From IMG/VR virus record IMGVR_UViG_2706796059_000001: a stretch of DNA of 64,000 nucleotides. One strand, written 5' to 3'. The first letter of the stretch is position 1, and every line of letters starts with the position of its first letter. The notes below the pieces were generated by a model. That model saw nothing but the letters and a program-made list of their open reading frames with translations. It was not told the DNA's origin and ran no database searches. A program made the translations under genes and the position numbers. The stretch is from a virus. Taxonomy: Duplodnaviria; Heunggongvirae; Uroviricota; Caudoviricetes; Straboviridae. Shown here piece by piece: positions 55,451-63,999 of the stretch.

Positions 55451-55864
55451 ATGAAGCTACAAGATTTAAAAATTGAATATCACGAAGACGTGAAAATTGA
55501 CACAACTGCTTTAGAAACAGCAGCTATTCGAATTCCCGTTCTTCATGCGAAGTGGCTTGCATACCGAGCCGATGCAAGACAACTACTTATCAAAGCTGAA
55601 ATGAAAATGGAAGCTGTGAGAAAAGACCGCTGGCTCTTTTATAGCGGCAAACATGACGATGAAGTTTGTGATTTCATCGTAGAAAAGAGTGAAATGAAAT
55701 ATGCTCTTGCGGGTGATGAATATCTTCAACGTGCAATTGCTACTTTTCAACACATGAAAGATGTGTTATCATTCATCGAAGAAGCTTTGAAAGGCATTAG
55801 TCAAATGGGCTTCACAATCAAACACATTATTGACAACAGAAAAATTGAGAGTGGTATAGTATGA
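55451..55864 (+). CDS. uvsY: Recombination mediator UvsY
   Basis: IPVLHAKWL, FYSGK, KSEMK, GFTIKHII. Confidence 0.92.
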   Translation: MKLQDLKIEYHEDVKIDTTALETAAIRIPVLHAKWLAYRADARQLLIKAEMKMEAVRKDRWLFYSGKHDDEVCDFIVEKSEMKYALAGDEYLQRAIATFQHMKDVLSFIEEALKGISQMGFTIKHIIDNRKIESGIV

Positions 55865-56274
55865 TCATCGAAACAATTAAAACAACACGCCTACAAGCTC
55901 GTAAAGACCGTAATAACGCAGTTGCGTCTGTACTCGGTGTCATTATGGGTGAACTTGACCGTCGTCAAAAACACGATGACGAGTCTTGCATCAAAGTAAT
56001 CTCAAGCGCGATTGACAACAACAAACTTGCTCTTGAACACGCACAAGGCGATCATGTAGACATTCTGAACGCAGAAAACGCAGTTCTTGAGTCTCTACTA
56101 CCTGCAAAAATCTCTGAATCAGATCTAGACACGTTCGTTTCTAACTTTGTTCTAGAAACTGGTGCTGATTCTATGCGTGACATGGGTAAACTAATGGGCG
56201 CTCTAAAAGCTACAGGTAAAGTTTTCGATGGTGGTAAAGCGTCTCAGTTGTTCAAACTAGCAATCGGTCTGTAA
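55861..56274 (+). CDS. GatB/YqeY-domain protein
   Basis: LQARK.R...VL...GE, EN.VLESLLP, DMGKLMGALK. Confidence 0.8.
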   Translation: MIIETIKTTRLQARKDRNNAVASVLGVIMGELDRRQKHDDESCIKVISSAIDNNKLALEHAQGDHVDILNAENAVLESLLPAKISESDLDTFVSNFVLETGADSMRDMGKLMGALKATGKVFDGGKASQLFKLAIGL

Positions 56275-56275
56275 T

Positions 56276-56440
56276 ATGCAGACTGATTACATTAAATACA
56301 AAGTAGTGCATGGCAATAATTCAAGAACTTTTGAAGAAGAAGTGCAGAAACTACTTAACGAGGGATGGGAACTTCATGGCTCTTTACAAGTCGATGGGTT
56401 TTATCTCTATCAATCACTTATAAAAAAGGGGTTAGACTAA
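56276..56440 (+). CDS. Unlisted 54 aa ORF, DUF1737-like
   Basis: MQTDYIKYKVVHGNNSRTFEEEVQKLLNEGWELHGSLQVDGFYLYQSLIKKGLD; TAATG coupling to next gene. Confidence 0.65.
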   Translation: MQTDYIKYKVVHGNNSRTFEEEVQKLLNEGWELHGSLQVDGFYLYQSLIKKGLD

Positions 56441-56610
56441 TGGCACATTGTGTTGTATGTAAACAACCTATTAAAGAAGGCGATGTCACTATTGATACGC
56501 CACAAGGCACAGTTCACGCAGGTCAATGTCAGCAACATTTATCAGAAATGTCTATTTCTGAGTCTGGTGGCGAAACGCAACTTGTAGAAACACAACTGCT
56601 AAACGGGTAA
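56440..56610 (+). CDS. uvsY.-2: Conserved small protein uvsY.-2-like (start revised to MAHCVVCK)
   Basis: CVVCK.PI...G.VH.G.C...SES...ETQLL. Confidence 0.78.
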   Translation: MAHCVVCKQPIKEGDVTIDTPQGTVHAGQCQQHLSEMSISESGGETQLVETQLLNG

Positions 56611-56614
56611 AGAT

Positions 56615-56725
56615 ATGAGCAAGAATCGTAAACGAGATCGCGGGTTCTTCGACTGGCTATGGGCGCCATTTGAATTATTTTTTGAGTTAATCGGTGCGAT
56701 TCTCTCAGCAATCTTTTCAGACTAA
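56615..56725 (+). CDS. Unlisted 36 aa ORF MSKNRKRDRGFFDWLWAPFELFFELIGAILSAIFSD
   Basis: Manually translated; ends at terminator; basic N-terminus plus amphipathic helix. Confidence 0.55.
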   Translation: MSKNRKRDRGFFDWLWAPFELFFELIGAILSAIFSD

Positions 56726-56726
56726 T

Positions 56727-56755
56727 AAAAAAAGGGAGCAAATTGCTCCCTTTTT
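56727..56755. terminator. Bidirectional terminator
   Basis: aaaaaagggagcaa-a-ttgctcccttttt between convergent genes. Confidence 0.85.
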
Positions 56756-56760
56756 CGTAT

Positions 56761-58293
56761 CTATGCGGCAAGATCTACTTTCTTGACTGCGTATTTGAAC
56801 TCTTCTTGGTTGTAAAGCTCAATACGTTGCATACCATGCTTCATAGTATAATTTACGTGAGTGTACGGCTTCTTAGCGTTCTTACGTTTCGGCTTGATTG
56901 CCAAGTTGTCGATAATGTCAAACAGCTTCGCCGTAACTTTCGAACCGTGTTTACGTAGAATACGACCAATCGACTGCAAGTTGATGATCTTACTCTTCGT
57001 TGGGTGTGCGAAAATTACATTGTGTAGTTTCTTGATACTGATACCAGTCGAGAATACACCGTATGATGCGACAATGATCGCCCCATCAATATCTTCTGCA
57101 ATCTTCTTCACATGCGTACGGTCGTCTGTTTTAGTCTCACCAGATACGTAGAACACTTTCTCTGGGTCATATACGCTCTTCAACGCTTCGTAAAGCAATT
57201 TACCGTGTTTGATGTTCTTGAATAGCAATAACGTATTTTCGCCTTTCTTCGCGCTTAAATGATGCGCAAGCTTAATCAAGTAACGATTTCGCTGCTTGTT
57301 CTCAAGAATGAATTTCATTTCTTCTTGATATGAACTACCTTTCATTTCGTCACGTAACGGCTGTGGGTATTCAAGCATCAAGCAATTGATCTTCAGATCT
57401 GTTACTTGCCCTTCTTCCATTAGCTGTGCAGTTGAAACAGGTCGGAAAATATCACCGAATGAACCAACGTACTGTAGAATATTCGCTTTACCGTCTCGAA
57501 GTGAGCCAGTAAGACCGATTTTGTATTCACAGTTTGTCATTTTCTTGATTATACCGTCTAATGACTTACCTGTTGCCAAGTGACACTCATCGACTAAAAG
57601 CATACCGAATTGGTCAAACCATTCTTTCGGTTGTTTTACAGCAGATTGCCATGTAGATACAACGATTCGGCAGTCACCGATTGCGTCTCGATCAACCCCA
57701 CCACGAATCTGATAAATGTCGTTGTGTTCGAATAAACGATAATCTAAGAAGTCATCGCGCATTTGCTGGACAAGTGCAGTTGTAGGTACAATCACTAATA
57801 CTTTCTGAAGTTCGTGCTCTTCTTGTGCTAAGAACCATTTAGTAATCAGCGACTGAATTAATGATTTACCCGCAGATGTTGGTAGATTCAATAGACTGTG
57901 TTGGTTGTTAATTCCGTGAAACACAGAGTCCATCTGATACCAATACGGTGAAATCTTATTCGACCCTGAGTAGATGTCAATAGACTCAACCCATGCTTCG
58001 AAATCTTCACGAGAAATTTTCTCAATCGGATCTAGCATTGGATCGGTTTCAATCGTATACATCATATTTGATGCAAACGCTTTAGCTTGTCCGACTAGAC
58101 CGTATGGTAATAGACCTTGATACGTCATTAGTCGAATTTTGCCATCCCAAATGCCCATTTTAAATTTCGGGTTAAATTTGTACCCATCTGTTAGAAATGA
58201 GAAATAGTCAATCATTTCGTGAGTGATGCTTGGCTCGGCTACGACTCTCGCATAACTCTCATCGTGGTACTCAATTTTAATGTCACATGTCAT
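56761..58293 (-). CDS. uvsW: SF2 helicase UvsW (start revised to MTCDIK)
   Basis: LPTSAGKS, VDECH, GLTGS, STGISIKKLH, QSIGRILR. Confidence 0.96.
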   Translation of the reverse strand: MTCDIKIEYHDESYARVVAEPSITHEMIDYFSFLTDGYKFNPKFKMGIWDGKIRLMTYQGLLPYGLVGQAKAFASNMMYTIETDPMLDPIEKISREDFEAWVESIDIYSGSNKISPYWYQMDSVFHGINNQHSLLNLPTSAGKSLIQSLITKWFLAQEEHELQKVLVIVPTTALVQQMRDDFLDYRLFEHNDIYQIRGGVDRDAIGDCRIVVSTWQSAVKQPKEWFDQFGMLLVDECHLATGKSLDGIIKKMTNCEYKIGLTGSLRDGKANILQYVGSFGDIFRPVSTAQLMEEGQVTDLKINCLMLEYPQPLRDEMKGSSYQEEMKFILENKQRNRYLIKLAHHLSAKKGENTLLLFKNIKHGKLLYEALKSVYDPEKVFYVSGETKTDDRTHVKKIAEDIDGAIIVASYGVFSTGISIKKLHNVIFAHPTKSKIINLQSIGRILRKHGSKVTAKLFDIIDNLAIKPKRKNAKKPYTHVNYTMKHGMQRIELYNQEEFKYAVKKVDLAA

Positions 58294-58318
58294 GATTTTT
58301 CTCTCTATGCGAGTTTTG

Positions 58319-58344
58319 TCTAAATATGTATAACTGTATTTATA
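58319..58344. promoter_or_regulatory. Divergent late promoters: TCTAAATA (+, 58319-26) and TATAAATA (-, 58337-44)
   Basis: Motifs read directly. Confidence 0.65.
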
Positions 58345-58357
58345 GAGGTCTAAATTC

Positions 58358-58567
58358 ATGACAAGAGACGAAATGTTTTACAAGATGAAAGATGGTTGCT
58401 TTAAGTTTGAGCATAAAGGCAAGAAATATCACGCGACTTTATGCAAGCATTATCTACCACATCTTGATTGCAATCGAGAAGAACAACGTAAAAATGAAAA
58501 CGGTGCAGATAATGAACTTACATTTTTCGATTTAAATCGAAATGTGTGGGTAACAATTGAATGCTAA
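58358..58567 (+). CDS. Small protein, possible SH3/WYL-like fold
   Basis: F.FEH.G...ATL...LP...LTFFDL....W pattern. Confidence 0.55.
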   Translation: MTRDEMFYKMKDGCFKFEHKGKKYHATLCKHYLPHLDCNREEQRKNENGADNELTFFDLNRNVWVTIEC

Positions 58568-58576
58568 GGTAAAACT

Positions 58577-59089
58577 ATGATTAAAGAATATCTAAAGAAA
58601 CAAACCAAGCGCGTAGTTGCAGAATTTGCAAAAGAGTACTACGACATCGAACTTGATAAATCGCTGACTAAAAGCAAGATGATCGACGAGTTATTCACAC
58701 ACGAGCTACGCGAGGTTAAAGAACTACCACTAGAATGCTCTGTAATCGAGTCTGAGACGCGCTGTGAATCAGTCGATGAATCGGACGCGATTGTAGTCAA
58801 AGAGCTTTCAGACGACGTTAAGAAAGAATTAGAAGGTGTTTCTGCTAATGCCCCTTTAGGTGATGAAAACGTAACATTAGTAATCAAGGACGAATTCAAG
58901 CCTAAATGGATGCCTACTTATCGCCGTGGGGATGAGCTATATCAGCCAGTTGCGCATGATGTGATTCATGATTGGAATATAGGTCGACGCGACTCTCACG
59001 AATTGAAGACGATTGAATATTGGGTTAAGCGAAATGGTCATCTTTTAGTTCACGACCGTCTTTCGAACAGCTTCATTTATCTGAGGTAA
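58577..59089 (+). CDS. inh: Inhibitor of prohead protease Inh-like
   Basis: C-terminal LKTIEYWVKRNGHLLVHDRLSNSFIYLR resembles T4 Inh; divergent from uvsW as in T4. Confidence 0.7.
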   Translation: MIKEYLKKQTKRVVAEFAKEYYDIELDKSLTKSKMIDELFTHELREVKELPLECSVIESETRCESVDESDAIVVKELSDDVKKELEGVSANAPLGDENVTLVIKDEFKPKWMPTYRRGDELYQPVAHDVIHDWNIGRRDSHELKTIEYWVKRNGHLLVHDRLSNSFIYLR

Positions 59090-59092
59090 TTT

Positions 59093-59581
59093 ATGTTACG
59101 ATTTAATGAATATGAAAACACGCTTTACGGTATCGAACTGAGTTTATCACTTGAAGAGGGGTGGGGTAATCATAACCTAGCCAAACTAATCCCTGAGCCG
59201 AAAATCGATGAGTTACTAGAAACGAAACCGAAGCACCCGTGGAAGATTGCTGCGAATGCTGCTCAATACCAGAACTTGCTCTTCAATATTGATTCAAGTC
59301 GAATCGTATTCAAGAACACTGTATATCAAGTTGCGTATCTAGGTAACTTATACCCGCCAGAAGAAGTCGGTAAACCTGAAGGTGGGTATAAGTTCGCAGT
59401 TAAAAAGTCGATTTATCACTCACACCCTAGTAGTGAATTTTATTCAGGGAAAAACCCAAAAGACCCTAAGTTAAATGATACTATTTCATTGGTCTGGTGG
59501 TTTCAGAGAGGTACAATCGTATTCGACTTATGGAAGCATAGCGAATATGATGAAAAACTTGAGAGATGGCGAAGAAAGTAG
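59093..59581 (+). CDS. Hypothetical late protein, capsid-targeting-like start MLRFNEYE
   Basis: ORF track; GAGG SD. Confidence 0.6.
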   Translation: MLRFNEYENTLYGIELSLSLEEGWGNHNLAKLIPEPKIDELLETKPKHPWKIAANAAQYQNLLFNIDSSRIVFKNTVYQVAYLGNLYPPEEVGKPEGGYKFAVKKSIYHSHPSSEFYSGKNPKDPKLNDTISLVWWFQRGTIVFDLWKHSEYDEKLERWRRK

Positions 59582-59610
59582 TTGACAACTCAAATGTTTT
59601 TGCTTATTAT
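59582..59610 (+). promoter_or_regulatory. Sigma70-type early promoter
   Basis: TTGACA-N17-TATTAT. Confidence 0.75.
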
Positions 59611-59647
59611 AGTCATCGTTAACACAACATAACTAAGAGAGCAGAAT

Positions 59648-59914
59648 ATGAACAAACTCGAAACAGCTTTTGCTGAACATAACGCTGTACAAGTTCCTGT
59701 TGAAAAACCTAGAGAGTTTTATACACCGTGTGGCGTTAAATTCACAACTGAACCGATGTTTAATACTGCAACTGGTAAATATGACAGTATTTTATATTCA
59801 TTTGATACTGGTGAAAAAATAATTGTTGACGATGAACTTGACAGCTTTCATGAAGCATATCAAGAATTCACTGCCAAGACATTCATGGCTATTCAAGAGC
59901 CAATCGTAATTTAA
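59648..59914 (+). CDS. Hypothetical early protein
   Basis: GAGAG leader. Confidence 0.65.
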   Translation: MNKLETAFAEHNAVQVPVEKPREFYTPCGVKFTTEPMFNTATGKYDSILYSFDTGEKIIVDDELDSFHEAYQEFTAKTFMAIQEPIVI

Positions 59915-59929
59915 TGAGAGAAATATATT

Positions 59930-60556
59930 ATGAAAGATTTAGACATCGTACGTAAAGCACTTGCAACTAACGAGTCACCTAAGCGTCGTAACTTCCGCAA
60001 AGCAGTAATTCAATTGCTTGAAAAGCGTGACTTGACAGTTGCAGAGATTGTATATTCACTTAATGGGGGTGAATATGATGAGCGTCTTCGTCGTCGTGTT
60101 CAAGCTAACGTTCAGAATGCACCTGAAATCATGGTCACTCGATTCGAAACGTTCGGTCACACCGAGATTCCTGTATACACGTTGAAAGGTGACGGTAAAT
60201 TAGAAGTACTCATGCCAAAACGCGAGTCGCCACGTAAGCCTGTATTAGGGATGGAATCTCTATTGACACGTGTTCTCAATCTTGGTCTGGGGCGTGCAGT
60301 AGCTGTTGCGGGTCCACAAGCGGTTGATGCATTTAAAAAGCTTGAACCGAAACAGCAAGCTCGTTATATTTCAACGCTTGCATTGTCAGATCACGCACGT
60401 TCTATTCTTACGCTTGTACATAGCGCGAACTTGTCAAAAGAGCAGTTGAAAGAACTGAACGTTAAACAACTTGTTCGTCAGAATGCATCGTATGTTGTAG
60501 CGAAACTACACGGTTCAACTGCGTTTTTCGACAATATCAAATCAGTATACGGTTAA
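59930..60556 (+). CDS. Hypothetical basic early protein, possible winged-helix N-terminus
   Basis: VIQLLEKRDLTVAEIVYSL...V..NV pattern; GAGAG leader. Confidence 0.6.
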   Translation: MKDLDIVRKALATNESPKRRNFRKAVIQLLEKRDLTVAEIVYSLNGGEYDERLRRRVQANVQNAPEIMVTRFETFGHTEIPVYTLKGDGKLEVLMPKRESPRKPVLGMESLLTRVLNLGLGRAVAVAGPQAVDAFKKLEPKQQARYISTLALSDHARSILTLVHSANLSKEQLKELNVKQLVRQNASYVVAKLHGSTAFFDNIKSVYG

Positions 60557-60569
60557 ATTAACCAATTTA

Positions 60570-60596
60570 AAAGGGTGACTTCGGTCGCCCTTTTTT
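60570..60596 (+). terminator. Rho-independent terminator
   Basis: aaaagggtgac-ttcg-gtcgccctttttt. Confidence 0.85.
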
Positions 60597-60604
60597 CGTT
60601 TGCG

Positions 60605-60612
60605 TCTAAATA
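60605..60612 (+). promoter_or_regulatory. Late promoter variant TCTAAATA
   Basis: 22 nt upstream of 60635. Confidence 0.55.
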
Positions 60613-60634
60613 ATAGTAAACAAAGGGGTTAACA

Positions 60635-61228
60635 ATGATAGAATTTTTAACAGAAATGGACAAAGCTAAACAAACCGGTAGATGGGCTCAATTTAAAGCA
60701 GCAACATCGGGTTCGAAAGGTGAAGTTAAAAAGCGTATGCAGCGCAAAGGTGGCTTCTGGGGTGTGTTTGCAGGTTTGATCGCGAGTGCGACAGCATCGG
60801 GTGAACTTAGAAAGCACAATAAGTCACTAGAAGACCATAAGCTAAGAATGGAGCGTGCAGCAGTGAACACAATTCACAGTCTGAATGTTCTTAAAGACGT
60901 AATCGAGCTTGAACGTCCTCGTGACGAAGTAATGAAAGCTGCAAAGCGTTTAAAGCTTGATAACATGGAAATGAAGAAATACGCAACCGAAATGATTCGT
61001 GTCGTAGATGAATACAAGCGTGTTCATGACGAAGATAAGCAGGCAGGTGCGTTTCGTTTTAATGTGAAAGAATACGACCGTCATGATTTTCGTGAGATTT
61101 ACCATCACTTGAACATGATTGAAGATAGCACATTTTACGTCGATAAAGCAGCGTCATCGGCTATGACTGGCGATACTGAATACGCAATTCGTATGATTCG
61201 CAATATTACAAACGCAGCAACGAGGTAA
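60635..61228 (+). CDS. Hypothetical late helical protein, start MIEFLTE
   Basis: ORF track; GGGG SD. Confidence 0.7.
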   Translation: MIEFLTEMDKAKQTGRWAQFKAATSGSKGEVKKRMQRKGGFWGVFAGLIASATASGELRKHNKSLEDHKLRMERAAVNTIHSLNVLKDVIELERPRDEVMKAAKRLKLDNMEMKKYATEMIRVVDEYKRVHDEDKQAGAFRFNVKEYDRHDFREIYHHLNMIEDSTFYVDKAASSAMTGDTEYAIRMIRNITNAATR

Positions 61229-61230
61229 TA

Positions 61231-62151
61231 ATGAGCATAATTTTTGAACGCGCTACATTGAAAACTCGAAAAGGTAGTGCAGTAAAACGCAGCAAGTGGG
61301 GCGTGGGTAAAGACATTGGCGGTTCATTATATGTTCACATTGACTATATCCCAGATGAGTTCAAGCAAATGGTTGCTGATGCTCGTACTCAAGTATCAAT
61401 TGCAAACTCACAATTTACTCCGAATGTAGTACGAATTGACTACAAGAAAGGTGGAGTTGCTTTCTACGATTCAGTTGAATTTGATACTGTACAAGAACCA
61501 GCCGCGGGTATGATGATTACTTATAGAGACGGTGTTGTTTCCAAACCACGTCAAGTAAACCAAATATGGCATCACAAATGGTTGTGGGTTGGTGATGATT
61601 ATAGAGGGTTTGATACTTCTCAGTCATATGACCGCTCGGCTCAGTGGCTAGATCATGACGATATCCCATTTGCCAAGATCGGTAATAAGAAGACATGGCG
61701 TGAATGGTTATCTTCAGTTAACTTGACTGAGGCATTTGACCGACCATCTAAAATACACTGGGTTGAGAAGAGAATTCACAGTTGGGGTGGTACGTTCACG
61801 GTAAACGGGGACGAATACGCGATTGCAATACAGTATCAAGAACAAAACGATGCATGGGAACTTGTGTTCTTAGGTATGAACAGTTCGGGTGATTATACTT
61901 ACAGCGCAACAGGTCGAGGCAATATGTATGGTGTGTTTGCGACAGTAATGAGCGGTATGCGTGAATTTATAGACGAGCGAGAGCCAGAAACAATTTATTT
62001 CAGTGCAGAGCGAGATATAAAAAACGACAGTGATTCGAGAATAAAACTATACAATCGTTTAGTAAAACGATATGCTGATACATTACCGAATTACACATAT
62101 AAAACGGTCGAAGGGAAAGTCTCGACTAAAACATATTTCATTAGAAAATAA
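61231..62151 (+). CDS. Two-domain late protein (GVGK/HHKW domain plus EAFDR domain)
   Basis: Domains joined at NLTE-AFDR; GAGG SD. Confidence 0.75.
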   Translation: MSIIFERATLKTRKGSAVKRSKWGVGKDIGGSLYVHIDYIPDEFKQMVADARTQVSIANSQFTPNVVRIDYKKGGVAFYDSVEFDTVQEPAAGMMITYRDGVVSKPRQVNQIWHHKWLWVGDDYRGFDTSQSYDRSAQWLDHDDIPFAKIGNKKTWREWLSSVNLTEAFDRPSKIHWVEKRIHSWGGTFTVNGDEYAIAIQYQEQNDAWELVFLGMNSSGDYTYSATGRGNMYGVFATVMSGMREFIDEREPETIYFSAERDIKNDSDSRIKLYNRLVKRYADTLPNYTYKTVEGKVSTKTYFIRK

Positions 62152-62158
62152 GAGAGCA

Positions 62159-62278
62159 ATGAAAACATTTCAAGATTTTCATGAATTCAGCAGATTTCGT
62201 CCCTGCTTGATAATTAAAAAGCGCATTTTTGCGCTTTTTTTGTATCTATTGGTTGACGACAACACCAAAAAGCCGTAA
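62159..62278 (+). pseudogene. Remnant of an internal-protein gene: capsid-targeting peptide MKTFQDFHE then read-through into terminator and promoter
   Basis: GAGAG SD, ATG at 62159, 39 aa ORF whose last codons coincide with terminator and promoter. Confidence 0.45.
62216..62241 (+). terminator. Rho-independent terminator
   Basis: aaaaagcgca-tttt-tgcgcttttttt. Confidence 0.8.
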
Positions 62279-62281
62279 TAT
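62253..62281 (+). promoter_or_regulatory. Sigma70-type early promoter
   Basis: TTGACG-N17-TAATAT. Confidence 0.7.
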
Positions 62282-62323
62282 CTCTATCAACGAAACGAAT
62301 CGTCCATTACAAGAGAGAACATT

Positions 62324-63508
62324 ATGACTTCACTAAACAAATTCGAAAACACTTACACAATCAAATCAATCTACATGAGCGAGTTTGAAGCGCGTATTGC
62401 ATCTACTAACAAGATTGCAAAACGTCTCGGTGTTGCTGAAATTACATTTGAGTTCGGTGAAGTGTACTCAAAAGTCATTATTATCAATCACCAAAAGCAT
62501 CGTGAATACTACGTTGATGTTACTATTCGCGGTGAATACCCGTCAACTAAAGGTTGGTCTTTCTTGACTCAACTTGACCACGCGACAAATCTTATTCGTT
62601 CAAACAACGAAACAAATCACCGTCATCTTCTAGGCGACACAACATGCGATCACTGTAACTCTAATCGTCAACGCAATGTAACTTACGTCATTCAGAATGA
62701 AGAGACTAAAGAAGAAATGCGCGTCGGTGGTTCATGCTTGAAATACTACTTGCCGACTAAATCTATCGACTCACTAGCGACGTTCTACACTGCAATCGCT
62801 GATTTCGGTGATGAAGAGTCTTGGGGTGGTGGTTCTCGTAAAATTTCATATAACGCGCTTCAGATTCTTGCTTGGGCTGCTATGTATGTTGAACACAAAG
62901 GTTGTTATCACGGTGGCGGTGTGACTCGTCAATGGGTTCTTGACATGATTAATGCAGGTACACCTGCACTTCGTACCGAACGCGATGCAATGTTAGATGA
63001 ATATGATTACGACAATTGTGAAGAGCAAGCAAAAGAGATTTTAGAATGGGTTGCAACTCAAGAAGCGACTAACGATTTCATGCATAACGTCATCGCGTCT
63101 TGTTCTGCACCATTCATCGAGTACAAACAAACTGGTTACATTGCAGCGGCTATCTTAGCTTTCAACAAAGCAAAAGAGCGCGAGATTCTAGCTAAACGCG
63201 AAGCTGAACGTAAAGCAGATTTGCCAGAATCTGAGTACGTCGGTACTATCAAAAAACGCGAGAACTTTAATGTCACTCTTGAAGCGGTTATCGTTTCTGA
63301 AGGCTACTACGGTGACACGTTCATTCACAAGTTTCGCGATGAACAAAACAATCTAATCGTGTGGTTTGGTTCAAAGCGTCTACGTGATAACGACGGCGAA
63401 GCGATTGAGAAAGGCGTTTCAGTAACTGTAAAAGCGACTGTAAAAGCGCACGAAGAGTTTCGCGACGAAAAACAGACAATCGTACAGCGTGTAGCGTTCG
63501 TCGCTTAG
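62324..63508 (+). CDS. Conserved phage early protein with Zn-binding motif and C-terminal OB-fold-like domain
   Basis: CDHC...VGGSC; YVGTIKKR...FRDEQNNLIVWF...KATVKAH. Confidence 0.7.
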   Translation: MTSLNKFENTYTIKSIYMSEFEARIASTNKIAKRLGVAEITFEFGEVYSKVIIINHQKHREYYVDVTIRGEYPSTKGWSFLTQLDHATNLIRSNNETNHRHLLGDTTCDHCNSNRQRNVTYVIQNEETKEEMRVGGSCLKYYLPTKSIDSLATFYTAIADFGDEESWGGGSRKISYNALQILAWAAMYVEHKGCYHGGGVTRQWVLDMINAGTPALRTERDAMLDEYDYDNCEEQAKEILEWVATQEATNDFMHNVIASCSAPFIEYKQTGYIAAAILAFNKAKEREILAKREAERKADLPESEYVGTIKKRENFNVTLEAVIVSEGYYGDTFIHKFRDEQNNLIVWFGSKRLRDNDGEAIEKGVSVTVKATVKAHEEFRDEKQTIVQRVAFVA

Positions 63509-63535
63509 AAACGCATACAGCTCGATTTAGAGACA

Positions 63536-63564
63536 CAAAAAAGCCCGCACTGAGCGGGCTTTTT
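63536..63564. terminator. Bidirectional terminator
   Basis: aaaaagcccgc-actga-gcgggcttttt. Confidence 0.85.
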
Positions 63565-63565
63565 A

Positions 63566-63901
63566 TTATTCAGCAGGTGTAGTAACAGTCCAAGCGATTC
63601 GGAAGAATCGGCTATTGGTATGTTCTCTGCAAAGTGTAGTTGTTGAATCAACCGCGCCTGCAATAATGTCAACGCATTCTTGAGAAAGACCAGTAATTGA
63701 ACTCAACGGACTAGCAGTTTCAATCGCAGCTTTAAGCTCTTCATAAGTTTGCTTGTCTACGATAATGTAAGATTCGCCTGAGTGATTAAGCACAGACGTT
63801 GTTACATCATCATACCCACTTTTCGCAGCGTCTGCCGCTGCTACAGTCGCATCATCAAGTTCGACTGCAAGGTTCATATCAGTATAGATTGGTGTTGTCA
63901 T
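63566..63901 (-). CDS. Hypothetical protein
   Basis: ORF track; AGGA SD. Confidence 0.6.
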   Translation of the reverse strand: MTTPIYTDMNLAVELDDATVAAADAAKSGYDDVTTSVLNHSGESYIIVDKQTYEELKAAIETASPLSSITGLSQECVDIIAGAVDSTTTLCREHTNSRFFRIAWTVTTPAE

Positions 63902-63909
63902 TTCAGTTC

Positions 63910-63999
63910 CTATTTAATTGTGATGAATTGACTATTGCGAGTTTCACGCACTAGCACCTTGCCGTCTTTCTCGACATAATGCAAGATTGATTTAACTAC
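63910..63999 (-). CDS. C-terminus of a second Inh-like protein (runs off window end)
   Basis: Manually translated VVKSILHYVEKDGKVLVRETRNSQFITIK*; RETRNS.F is the T4 Inh C-terminal motif as I recall it. Confidence 0.7.
   Translation of the reverse strand, partial: VVKSILHYVEKDGKVLVRETRNSQFITIK

Noticed and set aside
56529-56958. ORFs 56529..56771 (-) and 56743..56958 (+)
   Set aside because: Cross the bidirectional terminator and overlap better-supported genes
62072-62278. 68 aa ORF as listed in the track
   Set aside because: First part overlaps the upstream gene out of frame; only the SD-supported ATG at 62159 is credible
8590-62323. Shared early leader motif (CATCGAAACG...GAGAGAACATTATG) as a new ncRNA family
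   Set aside because: Explained as transcription-start context plus ribosome-binding site of early genes
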